Assembly: GCA_022710715.1 (NCBI GenBank)
Contig: JAKLGJ010000004.1
Span: forward strand, 320,166-384,165
Source: Candidatus Omnitrophota bacterium
Lineage (GTDB): Bacteria > Omnitrophota > Gorgyraeia > Gygaellales > Profunditerraquicolaceae
Length of the DNA: 64,000 bases
Direction: 5' to 3'
The notes beneath the pieces were generated by a model, which was not told the origin of the DNA, did no database searches, and worked only from the letters and a program-made list of their open reading frames with translations. Position 1 is the first letter of the stretch. Each line of letters starts with the position of its first letter. The translations under genes and the position numbers were made by a program. Positions 1 through 9,855 of the stretch are shown one piece after another.

Positions 1-432
1 GCCGCCGAACTGTATCCCGACGCTTCAACCGCTTCCTGCGCGCAGATCGATGCGCTCATTGCGCGGATCAAATCTTTTCTGGCAGGCGAGAAGGTCCGGT
101 TTTCCCTGCAAGGGCTGCGCTGGCAGCAGTGTTCGGCGTTCCAGCAGGCGGTTTTGCGCGCGGAATACCGGATTCCTCGCGGCAGTGTGAGCACGTATGG
201 ACGTATCGCCGAACATATCGGAAAGAATGACGCTGCCCGGGCGGTGGGAGCGGCTCTGGCGACCAACCCGTTCCCTCTCATAATCCCCTGTCATCGCGCT
301 ATTCGTTCTGACGGTTATCCGGGCGGTTTTCAGGGCGGCTCCGAGATGAAGCGGGCTTTGCTTGAACAGGAAGGGATCGTTTTCGACGATAGAGGCCGGG
401 TTTCCGGCGCTCGATTCCATTTCTCTCTATGA
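1..432 (+). CDS. ogt: methylated-DNA-[protein]-cysteine S-methyltransferase (5' end outside window)
   Basis: Frame 1 is open from base 1. Active-site motif IPCHRAI (PCHR) is present, as is the conserved winged-helix region 'VSTYGRIAEHIG...ARAVGAALATNP' typical of Ogt/MGMT. Confidence 0.85.
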   Translation, partial: AAELYPDASTASCAQIDALIARIKSFLAGEKVRFSLQGLRWQQCSAFQQAVLRAEYRIPRGSVSTYGRIAEHIGKNDAARAVGAALATNPFPLIIPCHRAIRSDGYPGGFQGGSEMKRALLEQEGIVFDDRGRVSGARFHFSL

Positions 433-481
433 AATTTATCGAACGCATCTTTAATCGTCTTTCTAAGTAAGAGGAGAGTGT

Positions 482-772
482 ATGTCTGTCTATATGATCG
501 TGGAAGCCCGAGAAGTCATGGATAAAGAAAAGTACGGCGAGTATGTACGGAAAGTGCCGGAAACAGTCAAACAATTCGGCGGAAAGTATCTGGCGCGGGG
601 CGGCCGGGTGACGGTATGCGCCGGCGATTGGAATCCGGCGCGGCTCATTATCCTGGAATTCGCGTCTATGGATGCTTACAACGCCTGGTGGCATTCGCCG
701 GAATACCGGGCAGTCGCTCCGCTGCGCGAACAATCCGCCCGGACCAATGCGATTGTGGTGGAAGGGGTTTGA
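482..772 (+). CDS. DUF1330 family protein
   Basis: 96 aa. Sequence 'YMIVEAREV..KEKYGEYVRKVPETVKQFGGKYLARGG...' matches DUF1330 small proteins. RBS GAGGAG lies upstream. Confidence 0.6.
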   Translation: MSVYMIVEAREVMDKEKYGEYVRKVPETVKQFGGKYLARGGRVTVCAGDWNPARLIILEFASMDAYNAWWHSPEYRAVAPLREQSARTNAIVVEGV

Positions 773-859
773 AGCCAAGAGAAACTCTTGAGCAAACGGA
801 TGGAAAGAGGTACAATAGTAGAAAGTGCATAGCAAGGTGTACCCGCAAGGAGGTAGAGT

Positions 860-1603
860 ATGAGGATGAAAAACGCGTGGGTGGCGGTAGCGGTTATCGT
901 GGCAACCTTGAGTTTCGTTTCTACGGTTTTTGCGAGCAATCTTCTGGAAGGCTGGAGCGGGGACATATTCCTCGGGTATAGCCAGACCAATGGCAACACC
1001 GAAAAGACCGCCGGAAGTGCGGCTGCTCAAGCATTGAAGAAATTCGATCATTCGCAACTGTTGTTCAAGGGTAATTGGCTTTACTCCGAATCGAACAACA
1101 ATATGGACGGGCAGAAATGGGACGCGCTGGGAAAGTATTCCATGGATTTCGGCAGAGATTATAAATGGTATAACTTTTACCAGGTCCTGGTCGACCACGA
1201 TTATTTCGCGGATATCGATTACCGCGTAACTCCTTCGTTCGGTATCGGCCATCATATCGCCGCCAGCGAGGATTGGACCTGGGATGCGGATGCCGGCGTC
1301 GGTTACCGCATTACCCGGCATCGGGTCAACACTGCGGAGGATGACGAGGCTCCGACGGCAATAGCCCATACTTTCATGAAAAAAAGGGTATTCGACAAAG
1401 CGTTCCTTTCCGAAGATTTGACGGTGTATCCCAGCTTCAAAAGCGAGGACGGTGTGGTGTTGCGGTCCGAGACCGCTTTTACCAATCCCCTGCGGGCCGA
1501 CCTGGATTTCGAAATAAAATATATCCTCGATTACAATTCCGAACCGAAGGGCAAGAAGAAGACCGATACGCAGCTGATTGCGGGTCTCAAATACAAATTC
1601 TGA
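860..1603 (+). CDS. DUF481 (YdiY-like) outer-membrane beta-barrel protein
   Basis: N-terminal signal peptide, alternating aromatic/hydrophilic beta-strand pattern, and C-terminal 'LKYKF' (terminal Phe typical of OM barrels). AAGGAGG RBS sits 6 nt upstream. Confidence 0.55.
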   Translation: MRMKNAWVAVAVIVATLSFVSTVFASNLLEGWSGDIFLGYSQTNGNTEKTAGSAAAQALKKFDHSQLLFKGNWLYSESNNNMDGQKWDALGKYSMDFGRDYKWYNFYQVLVDHDYFADIDYRVTPSFGIGHHIAASEDWTWDADAGVGYRITRHRVNTAEDDEAPTAIAHTFMKKRVFDKAFLSEDLTVYPSFKSEDGVVLRSETAFTNPLRADLDFEIKYILDYNSEPKGKKKTDTQLIAGLKYKF

Positions 1604-1613
1604 CGCATCCCAT

Positions 1614-2105
1614 ATGGCCGTATATGCTTTAGTGCGCGATCTGCTCGCGGGGCGCCCGTTCAGCTCGCAATGCGCTTTTACCCGGAATATGAAACTGGGT
1701 CTGGAGTATCTGGCGGATTTCGATCCGTCGTTCTTCGACGGCAAGCCGCCCGGCTTTACTGCCGGGACCGCGATCGCCGGAAAAAAGCTATACGCTGCGC
1801 ATCAGGTGTACGCTACCCGTCCGCTCTCCCGGGCCAGGTTTGAGGCTCACCGTAGATATGTCGACCTGCAGGTCGTCTGGCGCGGACAGGAGCGCATTCT
1901 CGTCGCTGCGCTCGACGGCCTGACTGTGGTTGAACCGTATGACGCCGGCAAAGATATCGTATTTTTCGCCCTGCGCCCGGCAAGCTCGTTGATCATGCGC
2001 CCGGGCATGGTCGCGGTGCTGTATCCGTCCGACGCGCACGCGCCGTGCATATCGTATGAAAACAGGCGCATTGTGGCCAAAACCGTGGTGAAGGTGCGCA
2101 TATAA
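1614..2105 (+). CDS. YhcH/YjgK/YiaL (DUF386, EbgC-like) family protein
   Basis: Sequence 'MAVYALVRDLLAG...FEAHRRYVDLQVV..GQERI...LYPSDAHAP' resembles the YhcH/TabA family. Start taken at the ATG inside the longer ORF. Confidence 0.5.
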   Translation: MAVYALVRDLLAGRPFSSQCAFTRNMKLGLEYLADFDPSFFDGKPPGFTAGTAIAGKKLYAAHQVYATRPLSRARFEAHRRYVDLQVVWRGQERILVAALDGLTVVEPYDAGKDIVFFALRPASSLIMRPGMVAVLYPSDAHAPCISYENRRIVAKTVVKVRI

Positions 2106-2120
2106 ATCCGAGGAGCAACC

Positions 2121-2603
2121 GTGGTTTGTATTTTTAGAACGCCCTGCGCAAGCGATATCGCGGTGATCAAATCGCTGCTGGAGGCGGAAAACATTCCTTA
2201 CCACATCGACAATGAGCATTTCGCCGCATTGCGCGGCGCTGCGGACAGCGTCACCGATTTTGGGGTCAATGTTCCGGATGATCTGGAAGAAAAGGCCCGG
2301 GATCTATTGGCAGAATTCATCTCGCCTGTGCAGACGAAACGGGATGGTGCCAGCGGCGTTGAAGAAGATGCCGCCTCTCTGTCATGGTTGCAGCGCAATC
2401 CATTTTTAAAATTCGGTTTTATCATCCTTGGCGTCGGGGGCATCCTGTCCGGTGGCGTGATGATTTTGTTTTCGCTGCTGTATTTCATGCGGGGAGCGCA
2501 TGCCGCCAGCAGTTACCTTTATTTCATGCTGGGGCTGGGGAGCGCGGTCGCGGGATCCATTTTTATGCGCAACGCCTCCGCGCGTGCGCGCGCCAAGCCA
2601 TAA
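2121..2603 (+). CDS. DUF2007 domain membrane protein
   Basis: N-terminal ~65 aa matches the DUF2007 (PII-like 'signal transducing') pattern 'IAVIKSLLEAENIPYHI...VNVPDDLEEKARDLLAEF'. Two C-terminal TM helices. GTG start with GAGGAG RBS. Confidence 0.5.
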   Translation: MVCIFRTPCASDIAVIKSLLEAENIPYHIDNEHFAALRGAADSVTDFGVNVPDDLEEKARDLLAEFISPVQTKRDGASGVEEDAASLSWLQRNPFLKFGFIILGVGGILSGGVMILFSLLYFMRGAHAASSYLYFMLGLGSAVAGSIFMRNASARARAKP

Positions 2604-2631
2604 GTCAGCTCAACCATAAAGGGAGGGCACC

Positions 2632-4380
2632 ATGTCTGTTATTTCGATCTTGCGCAAAACGGGTAAGGTCCTGATCATTATCCTGATCAGCCTTTTTGCG
2701 CTGTACCTTTTTATAGGCCTGGTGGTGGTCCCGGTGGGGTTGCCCTGGGCGATCCGGTCGCAGGGATCGAAAATCCTGGCGCATCCGGTGTCCGTGCGCT
2801 CGGCGTTCTTCAATCCGTTTACCCTGCGTTTGAACATCAACGGACTCGCCATACAGGATAACGACAAGCAGCTTATGCTGGGGTTCAAGAAATTCTGGGT
2901 TGATGTCAGTTTTGTGAAGCTAATGCAGAAGCAGTACCGCGTGGAATCTCTGGGTCTCGACGGATTAACCGTCAATGTCGTGCTCCTGCCGGATAGCAAG
3001 ATCAATCTGTTGAACCTGGTGCCTCAACCTGCGCAGGGCGCGCAGCAGCCCGCCGGTCAGTCCGCGGCGGGTACGTCCGTAGAGGCGAAAGCGTCAGCAT
3101 CCAAGGGGCCTGCCGCTTCGGCCTCCGCCTCCGCTACTGGCGCGCAACCTTTGCCTGACGCGGTGGTGGACGAGATTATCCTCAAGAACGGCGTGGTCAC
3201 CTTCACCGACCAGGCTATTGCCCCGGGATTCAGCACTCGATTGAGCGCGATGGACCTGCGCGTTACCGACGTTTCAACTAAACCGGATTGTCAGGTGAAA
3301 CTGGTTTTTTCCTCCAGGCTGGATGAGAAGGGCAGGATCGCTACCGAAGCCTGGGTAAAACCTTTCGTGCAACCTTTGGCTATGGAAGCGGCCTTTTCCC
3401 TGAATGATTACGCCTTGCGGGTGTTGACTCCGTATGTCGGCAAATATACCGGTCGCGCGGTTAAAGAAGGCGGCAAGCTGGATTTACACTTCACCTATCG
3501 TATTGCGGATAATAAACTCGTCGCCGGACACAAAGTGCTGGTGCAGTCGTTTGACTTCGGGGAGAAAGTGGCCAGCAAAGATGCGCTCCCGTTGCCTTTC
3601 GGCCTGGCCGTCGCATTGCTGGAAGACCCGGAGGGCCGCATCGACATTTCCCTGCCGGTTACCGGAAAAGTCGACGATCCGCAATTCGAATATTTCCATC
3701 TTCTGGGACAGGTGGCCCGGAATTTCTTCATGAAGCTGATCACCGCGCCGTTCAAAGTCCTGCTTTCTATCGTGCCTTCGAGCGGACCCGGTACCGAAGA
3801 GCTGGGCAGTCTGTCTTTCGCGCCCGGAGCGACGGTTTTGTCGGATGCGGATAAAGAAAAGGTCGGATTGCTGGTTAGCGCCATGCAGCAGCGGCCCAGG
3901 ATACTTCTGGAGATAAACGGCAGCTATGATCCGGACGTGGACTGGAAGAAGATCAAGGTTACGGCGTTCGAGAATGAGTTTGCCACGATGCGTAAAGAAT
4001 CCGTGCGCACGGATTTCCAGCTTGTTGAGGATATATACCGGTTCCGTTTCGGGGTGCGGGCTTACTGGGCCTTGAACCGCAAGTATACCCAGGGTAAGAA
4101 GACCGACGAAGCGGCGTTGAAAGTCGAAATGAAGCGCCAGATCATCGAGGAAGGTTCTCCGGACAAAACCGCCCTGAATGCGCTGGCCCGGGCGCGCGCG
4201 CAGGCGGTGTATGATCTGATCCTGAAAGCAGGACTGGACGCAACGCGCGTCAAGATCGGCGAGAATCGCGCCACCCAGTCGAGCATGGACCAGGTGCCCA
4301 TGGAATTCACTCTCACGGTTTTCGAGGATAAGGCTGAATCAAAAGAAAGCGTCGTTCCACCGGCTGACCAGGGAGGTTGA
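2632..4380 (+). CDS. DUF748 (AsmA-like) domain protein
   Basis: N-terminal TM anchor followed by a long periplasmic region. C-terminal part fits the DUF748 pattern. RBS AAGGGAGGG upstream. Confidence 0.5.
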   Translation: MSVISILRKTGKVLIIILISLFALYLFIGLVVVPVGLPWAIRSQGSKILAHPVSVRSAFFNPFTLRLNINGLAIQDNDKQLMLGFKKFWVDVSFVKLMQKQYRVESLGLDGLTVNVVLLPDSKINLLNLVPQPAQGAQQPAGQSAAGTSVEAKASASKGPAASASASATGAQPLPDAVVDEIILKNGVVTFTDQAIAPGFSTRLSAMDLRVTDVSTKPDCQVKLVFSSRLDEKGRIATEAWVKPFVQPLAMEAAFSLNDYALRVLTPYVGKYTGRAVKEGGKLDLHFTYRIADNKLVAGHKVLVQSFDFGEKVASKDALPLPFGLAVALLEDPEGRIDISLPVTGKVDDPQFEYFHLLGQVARNFFMKLITAPFKVLLSIVPSSGPGTEELGSLSFAPGATVLSDADKEKVGLLVSAMQQRPRILLEINGSYDPDVDWKKIKVTAFENEFATMRKESVRTDFQLVEDIYRFRFGVRAYWALNRKYTQGKKTDEAALKVEMKRQIIEEGSPDKTALNALARARAQAVYDLILKAGLDATRVKIGENRATQSSMDQVPMEFTLTVFEDKAESKESVVPPADQGG

Positions 4381-4381
4381 G

Positions 4382-4972
4382 ATGAGGAACAAACTGATGT
4401 TTACGGGCGTTATCGTCATGGTCGTTTGCCTTCTGTCCACCGCGGTCATGGCGGCGGATTTTTCCGCGGATATGATCAATACCGCCAGGGGCAAAGTGTT
4501 CAAGGGTAAGATCTTCATCGGTAAGGACAAGACCAGGATGGAGACTGCCGAGGGGATCACCATTACCCGTATGGACAAAAAAGTGGTCTGGATACTGATG
4601 CCCAGGGATAAGATGTACATGGAGCAGGCCTTTGACCCGAAGAAAGCGCCGGCCACGTCGGAAAAAGTGGATAATGAAGTGGAGCGCAAGCTGCTCGGCA
4701 AGGAAACCATAGACGGCAAGCCGGCGGAAAAATACAAAGTTGTGTATACGCAGAACGGCAAGAAAGAAACGATCTATCAATGGATCGCTGCCGGGTTGCA
4801 GATGCCGCTGAAAATCGCCGCCGCGGATAACAGCTGGGCCATGGAGTACAAAAATATTCAAACTGCCAAACAGCCGGATTCACTGTTCGAGATCCCGGCC
4901 GGCTATCAGAAATTCGTCATGCCCACACCCAAGGCCTCGATGAAAGATATACTCAAAGGGCTTGGTCAGTAA
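4382..4972 (+). CDS. DUF4412-like secreted protein
   Basis: Signal peptide 'VMVVCLLSTAVMAADF'. Lys-rich beta-type sequence. Start overlaps the upstream stop by 1 nt, so it is translationally coupled. Confidence 0.4.
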   Translation: MRNKLMFTGVIVMVVCLLSTAVMAADFSADMINTARGKVFKGKIFIGKDKTRMETAEGITITRMDKKVVWILMPRDKMYMEQAFDPKKAPATSEKVDNEVERKLLGKETIDGKPAEKYKVVYTQNGKKETIYQWIAAGLQMPLKIAAADNSWAMEYKNIQTAKQPDSLFEIPAGYQKFVMPTPKASMKDILKGLGQ

Positions 4973-4992
4973 GATCGAAACGGAGGTTCGCC

Positions 4993-5595
4993 ATGGATGT
5001 GTCCGCTCTACTGCAATCATCGCTGATCCTGTTCGCCATAGTCAATCCTGTCGGCAGTATTCCTATTTTCCTGCAACTCACCGCGGATTTGAGCCCGGAG
5101 CAGCGGCAGCAAGCGTTCCATACCGCAGTCCTGACCTCCTTGATCATTCTCTTCGGTTTTATTCTCGCCGGCAAAGCGATACTGACCTATTTTTTTCAGA
5201 TCCAGCTGGCTGATTTGATGGCTGCCGGCGGGTTATTGCTGCTGATCATCGCCATCGACCAGCTGGTATTCGGCGCGCTGGCCAGAAGCGTCACCCGGAC
5301 CCAGAAGCTCAACGCCTGTCAGATCGGCGCTGTTCCCATCGCTTGTCCGATAGTAGCGGGTCCGGGAGCGATGATGACCGTGTTCGTGATCTATTCCGAG
5401 CACGGTTTTTGGGTCGCCGCGGCAGCCACGCTCATCGTTATGGGGATCACCTGGCTGATCCTGCAGTTCATCACCGCGATCTACCGTTTCCTGGGAGAGA
5501 TCGTCTGTCTGGTGCTTTCCAAGATCCTTAGCCTTTTTCTCGCCGCCATCGGCATACGTCTGCTGATGCAGGGCCTGGCGCAGTATTTTAAGTGA
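4993..5595 (+). CDS. MarC family (UPF0056) integral membrane protein
   Basis: About 6 TM helices. 'NPVGSIPIFL' near the N-terminus is characteristic of MarC. Confidence 0.7.
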   Translation: MDVSALLQSSLILFAIVNPVGSIPIFLQLTADLSPEQRQQAFHTAVLTSLIILFGFILAGKAILTYFFQIQLADLMAAGGLLLLIIAIDQLVFGALARSVTRTQKLNACQIGAVPIACPIVAGPGAMMTVFVIYSEHGFWVAAAATLIVMGITWLILQFITAIYRFLGEIVCLVLSKILSLFLAAIGIRLLMQGLAQYFK

Positions 5596-7106
5596 AGATA
5601 CTGCTTTCTTCCATCTGCCTGGAAACCGGCACAGACCTGCAGCTGGCGCTGTATTATCTCAAAGGTTATCTTTTAAAGCGACGCTTCCCGGGGCTGTCCG
5701 CTGCGCATGTTGCCATCCGCGTTTTTAACGAACGGGCATCTCTTCCCGCCGTCGCCCGGACTATCCTGGAGTATAAACCCGGGATCGTCGGTTTCTCCTG
5801 TTATCTCTGGAATATCGCGGCTATACTCAAACTGTGCCGTTTACTTAAGCGGCGCGCGCCGCAGATGAAGATCGTCCTGGGCGGTCCGGAAGCCAGTCCG
5901 CGGGCGCGCGAGATCCTGGAGCGGGAAAAAACGGTTGATGCGGTAGTGCGCGGGGAAGGGGAGGCGGCTTTCGCGGAATTGGTCGAAGCTTTTTGCCGGG
6001 ATGAACGGGCGCTGGTTCAGGTGCAGGGTATTTCGTTTCGCCGCGGAGCGGGGATAATCAGCACTCCGGATCGGCGCACTATCGTTTCCCTGGGAGCGAT
6101 CCCATCCCCCTATTTATCCGGCCTGGTCGATCTCAAAGACAGAAATATCATCGATGTGCCTCTGGAAACTACCCGGGGATGCGCGCTGCGCTGCGGGTAC
6201 TGCTATTATCACAAAAATTTCCCCGCGGTGCGGCATTTTCCCTTGCGCCGGGTAGAGCGGGAGCTCAAGCTTATCCTTTCCCGTCAACCCCGGGAAGTGT
6301 ATGTGATGGACGCGACGTTCAATGCCGATCGTCGGCGGGCAATGACCATCCTGGAACTTTTTCGTAAATATAACCGGTCTTCGACCTTGCACGTGGAACT
6401 GATGGCGGAGCTGGTGGATGAGCCGATGGCCCGCGCTCTGGCCCGGGCCCGGGCGCTGAATATCGAAATCGGGCTGCAGAGCGTCAATCCGCGCACCTTA
6501 AAAGCGCTTCACCGTCCGTTCAACAAGGAACGATTCGCCGGCGGCATCGAACTGTTGAACGCGCACAAGCTTATTTATGAGATACAGCTGATCGACGCTT
6601 TGCCGTATCAGACCTATGCCCATCTGATGGAAGCGCTGGACTGGTTGTACGCTTTACATCCGGCGCGGGTGGTGATTTTAAGGCTGGCAGTGCTTGCCGG
6701 CACAGCTTTGCGTCAGCAAGCGGCTGCTTTCGGGATCGAGCATAGCGCGCAGGCGCCCTATTACGCCCGGAAAAGCCGGGTTATGTCCGCGGCGGATATG
6801 CAGAAGCTGGAACGCCTGCGTTTTGCCATGGAACGACTCTATGACAGTCAGGTGTTCCAGAAAACGCTGTACGCTTTGAAAGACGCGGCGGGCCTGAAGA
6901 TTTCTTCGGTTCTGGAAAGCTGGATTACCTGGGAAAGCCGGATACGCCGCCGGGGTTTTGACTATCCGTTGCAACTGAACCGGAAACTGCCGGAATTCCT
7001 GGAGTTTCTTTTGCGCCGGCAGAACAAAATGAGATTTTTTGAGCCGTTAGTCACGGGACTACGCCGTGAGCTGGCGGAATACCGGAAACTCTATTCCGGC
7101 GGATAA
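5592..7106 (+). CDS. B12-binding domain / radical SAM protein
   Basis: N-terminal cobalamin-binding-like Rossmann region followed by 'TRGCALRCGYCYY' (CxxxCxxC radical SAM cluster motif). GTG start overlaps the MarC TGA stop (GTGA). Confidence 0.75.
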   Translation: MKILLSSICLETGTDLQLALYYLKGYLLKRRFPGLSAAHVAIRVFNERASLPAVARTILEYKPGIVGFSCYLWNIAAILKLCRLLKRRAPQMKIVLGGPEASPRAREILEREKTVDAVVRGEGEAAFAELVEAFCRDERALVQVQGISFRRGAGIISTPDRRTIVSLGAIPSPYLSGLVDLKDRNIIDVPLETTRGCALRCGYCYYHKNFPAVRHFPLRRVERELKLILSRQPREVYVMDATFNADRRRAMTILELFRKYNRSSTLHVELMAELVDEPMARALARARALNIEIGLQSVNPRTLKALHRPFNKERFAGGIELLNAHKLIYEIQLIDALPYQTYAHLMEALDWLYALHPARVVILRLAVLAGTALRQQAAAFGIEHSAQAPYYARKSRVMSAADMQKLERLRFAMERLYDSQVFQKTLYALKDAAGLKISSVLESWITWESRIRRRGFDYPLQLNRKLPEFLEFLLRRQNKMRFFEPLVTGLRRELAEYRKLYSGG

Positions 7107-7231
7107 GAGTCTTCCCCCTTGACAAACGGGCAACTATGTGGTATCTTTAACCATTCACACGTAGCGTGTGTCAGAAGCGACCAAAGGCGTTCAACTGAAC
7201 GTCTTTTTACCTTTAAGAGCGAGGTATCCTT

Positions 7232-7729
7232 ATGTTTGTTTCCGAACTGGTTAAGCCGGATCTGGTAGAGGTGCATTTAAAATCCGTTGCCCGGGATGCA
7301 GTGCTTTCCGAGATACTCGACCGTTTGTATGCCAGGAAGAAGATCAAGAACAAGGAAGAAATACTGGCGAGTATCCTGGCGAGGGAGAAAATCGGCTCAA
7401 CCGGCATCGGTAAAGGAGTGGCGGTTCCTCACGCGCGGCTGGAGAGCTTGGAAGAAATGGTCCTGTTCGTGGGTATCTCTCAAACAGGGATCGATTTCTC
7501 CGCCCTGGACGGGGAGCCGGTGCATATCATCATGCTTCTATTGACTCCTACCAGCGAAATGGGCGCCAGTCTCAAAACGCTGGCGCATATCGCCAGGATG
7601 GTCAATGACAAACTTTTCAAGGAACAACTGCGTCAGGCTTCTACCAATGACGAGCTGTTCACTCTTCTCAAGCAAGGCAGTCTGGATAAGGAGCAGATGC
7701 TTTTGATGCGCGAGGGGGGCAAAAAGTAG
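7232..7729 (+). CDS. ptsN: PTS EIIA(Ntr)-type nitrogen regulatory protein
   Basis: PTS_EIIA_2 fold. Active-site His context 'GKGVAVPHARL' compares with the GIAIPH consensus. 165 aa. Confidence 0.7.
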   Translation: MFVSELVKPDLVEVHLKSVARDAVLSEILDRLYARKKIKNKEEILASILAREKIGSTGIGKGVAVPHARLESLEEMVLFVGISQTGIDFSALDGEPVHIIMLLLTPTSEMGASLKTLAHIARMVNDKLFKEQLRQASTNDELFTLLKQGSLDKEQMLLMREGGKK

Positions 7730-7749
7730 GCTTGCAGCGCGCTACGTTG

Positions 7750-8319
7750 TTATTTCTTTTCCTTCAAGAATTTCCTCAATTTCTCCAGCGATTCCCCTAA
7801 TTCCTTGAATTCATCGTATTGACGCAGGTGCACCGGCGGGATTTCCTTGTTTTCACTAAGCATATCGATGCTGGTCTTTAAGCGGTAGATGGGGCCGGCG
7901 ATACGGTGAGAGAAGATCAGGGACGTGACGCCGACGAAGAGCAGGATAGAGAAGATCACGAAAAGCATTCTGATCTTCAATTCCGCCCACTGACGCAGCA
8001 CGGAAGAATACGAAATTTTCGAGACCTTTTCGATGGAAATAAGCTCTTTCAACAGCCCGGCGACCGTGGTCAATTCTTCCTGGGCGAAGTTCTTCTGCTG
8101 GAATTGCTGTAACGTATCCTGGTAACGCTGGTTGACCTGGGAGATTTCGCGGGTTAATTTTGCCTGTTCTTTTTTTAAGATCAATTCCCCGCTGACAACG
8201 AGGATCTGGATGCAGAAGATGCTCATGAGCAGCGCAGGCAATACGCTCAAGGCGATATACTTGAGTTGGCTGGATGGATGGATAAAATACCTTTTCCGCA
8301 CTATTTTATTTCCTGGCAT
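7750..8319 (-). CDS. membrane protein with HAMP-like linker
   Basis: Two TM segments flank a periplasmic stretch, then 'RIAGPIYRLKTSIDMLSE' (HAMP-like). No output domain follows. Confidence 0.45.
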   Translation of the reverse strand: MPGNKIVRKRYFIHPSSQLKYIALSVLPALLMSIFCIQILVVSGELILKKEQAKLTREISQVNQRYQDTLQQFQQKNFAQEELTTVAGLLKELISIEKVSKISYSSVLRQWAELKIRMLFVIFSILLFVGVTSLIFSHRIAGPIYRLKTSIDMLSENKEIPPVHLRQYDEFKELGESLEKLRKFLKEKK

Positions 8320-8437
8320 ATGTACCTCCTATGGCCGTTCGTACAGCATAAACCCATTATATACTAAGAGGCATTCCGGGCCAATAAATTTATTTTATAA
8401 AGAAGAAAAATATGGTATAGTGAAGCAAAGGGAGGAT

Positions 8438-9298
8438 ATGAGTAAAAGAGGTTTCACTTTTCTGGAACTCGTAATCACCATAATCTGTATCGGCATACTC
8501 GTTGCCATTGCCGTGCCGCAGTTTTTGAGTTTTGCCCGCGAAGCGGTCAGGGCCGCAGAGCAGGGGAGTGTTCAGGGGATTAAAGCCGGCATTCGGATAT
8601 ACGGCATAGATTCAGTGGTGAAGAACCGCTCCCCGCAGTTCCCCGCGACCCTGGATACGGCGGGCGCCACCTACGCTTCCTATTCCAATCCGCTCTTCAG
8701 TTCAGTTCTCAAGACGCCGATTACCGAAAGCCGCTGGTTAAAGATCGACAGCACTATTTATCAGGGGCCGACCGAAACCTATTATTATTATGTTCCTGCC
8801 GCCGGATTGTTCCTCGAGTATAGCGGCAGCACCGATGTGGGCGCCAGTACCGCGCCGAGCGTTTTTCTTCCCGCGTTAGCCTTCAGCGGGTACAATACGT
8901 CGCAATGGGGAGCCGCCAACGGCGGATTATATTCGCCGTGGTCCGGTTACCCGCTGGCCATGAGCGTCAATTTTCAGCAGGGGGGGACCTATACCTTCGA
9001 TATCGCCGCGATCAATAATGCCAATCACCCGGGATTTGCCAATCCTCCCCGTACGGATTGGCATCTGCCGACCGGCTATAACACGTTCAATGTGCGCGTG
9101 CTGGTCGACGGGGTTCCGGTCGGCGGCAATGTCAATATTACCGCCAGCGACACCGATATCAACCGGGGCTCGATAAGCACCTATATCGGGGCGGGCCAGC
9201 ATACAGTCAGCCTGGTCTGGCTCAATGACGCGTGGACTCCCGCCGAGAACGGCGACGCCAACATCCAGTTTCAGGATATTATCATCCGCAGACAATAG
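8438..9298 (+). CDS. prepilin-type N-terminal cleavage/methylation domain protein (type IV pilin / pseudopilin-like)
   Basis: 'MSKRG|FTFLELVITIICIGILVAIAVPQ' is a class III signal with Gly(-1)/Phe(+1)/Glu(+5). GGAGG RBS lies 5 nt upstream of the ATG. The longer ORF 8132.. is an upstream read-through. Confidence 0.8.
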   Translation: MSKRGFTFLELVITIICIGILVAIAVPQFLSFAREAVRAAEQGSVQGIKAGIRIYGIDSVVKNRSPQFPATLDTAGATYASYSNPLFSSVLKTPITESRWLKIDSTIYQGPTETYYYYVPAAGLFLEYSGSTDVGASTAPSVFLPALAFSGYNTSQWGAANGGLYSPWSGYPLAMSVNFQQGGTYTFDIAAINNANHPGFANPPRTDWHLPTGYNTFNVRVLVDGVPVGGNVNITASDTDINRGSISTYIGAGQHTVSLVWLNDAWTPAENGDANIQFQDIIIRRQ

Positions 9299-9415
9299 TT
9301 CCTTCCTTTTGCGGTTTTTCCCGCAAGTAGAAAAAAGTCAGTAAAAAGCAGAAACCGGCCATGTTCAAAAATCATTTTTGCGGTATGCTTTAAGTGATAC
9401 CGGAAGGAGCAAACC

Positions 9416-9769
9416 ATGATGTTGACTCTGTCAATAGGGTTGCTGGTGATCGCGGCGATGTTAGGATTGGCATTGTTGCTTGCTTTCTTCGGTAAAAAAC
9501 CGATTCCTCTGGGCGCGGCGATATTGCACGGGATGTTTGCCGAGGCTGCCGCGATATTCGTTTTCGTCAAAGCGTATCAGGCGGCGTTCCAGGGAATTCT
9601 GGGAGTGGTCTTTTTATTGCTGATAGTTGCCGCTTTAGGCGGCATAAGCCTGGTGTTCCTTTATCATTTGCAGGGAAAGAAACTGCCCGCGGGCATGGTT
9701 TTTGTACACACAGGGGTGGGTGTGGTCGCCTTTCTGCTTTTGGTGTACAAAGTGTTCGCCCGCGCTTAA
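9416..9769 (+). CDS. hypothetical 4-TM membrane protein
   Basis: 117 aa with four hydrophobic helices. RBS GGAAGGAG upstream. Confidence 0.4.
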   Translation: MMLTLSIGLLVIAAMLGLALLLAFFGKKPIPLGAAILHGMFAEAAAIFVFVKAYQAAFQGILGVVFLLLIVAALGGISLVFLYHLQGKKLPAGMVFVHTGVGVVAFLLLVYKVFARA

Positions 9770-9855
9770 AAAGCAGTTTGTTAGATGCCCTCCGGACCGG
9801 ACTTCATGTCCGGTCCAGGAAGTTCCTTTGACTGACAACCGGCATAAGGGCATAG

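Noticed and set aside
299-1744. 481-aa minus-strand ORF spanning ogt, the DUF1330 gene and the DUF481 gene
   Set aside because: It crosses three well-supported plus-strand genes and their intergenic RBSs. It has no coherent domain signature. It is a GC-rich antisense artefact.
8132-8437. N-terminal 102-codon extension of the prepilin ORF given in the ORF track
   Set aside because: It overlaps the divergent minus-strand gene's start region and has no RBS. The ATG at 8438 has a GGAGG RBS and yields the canonical prepilin leader ending in Gly-Phe.
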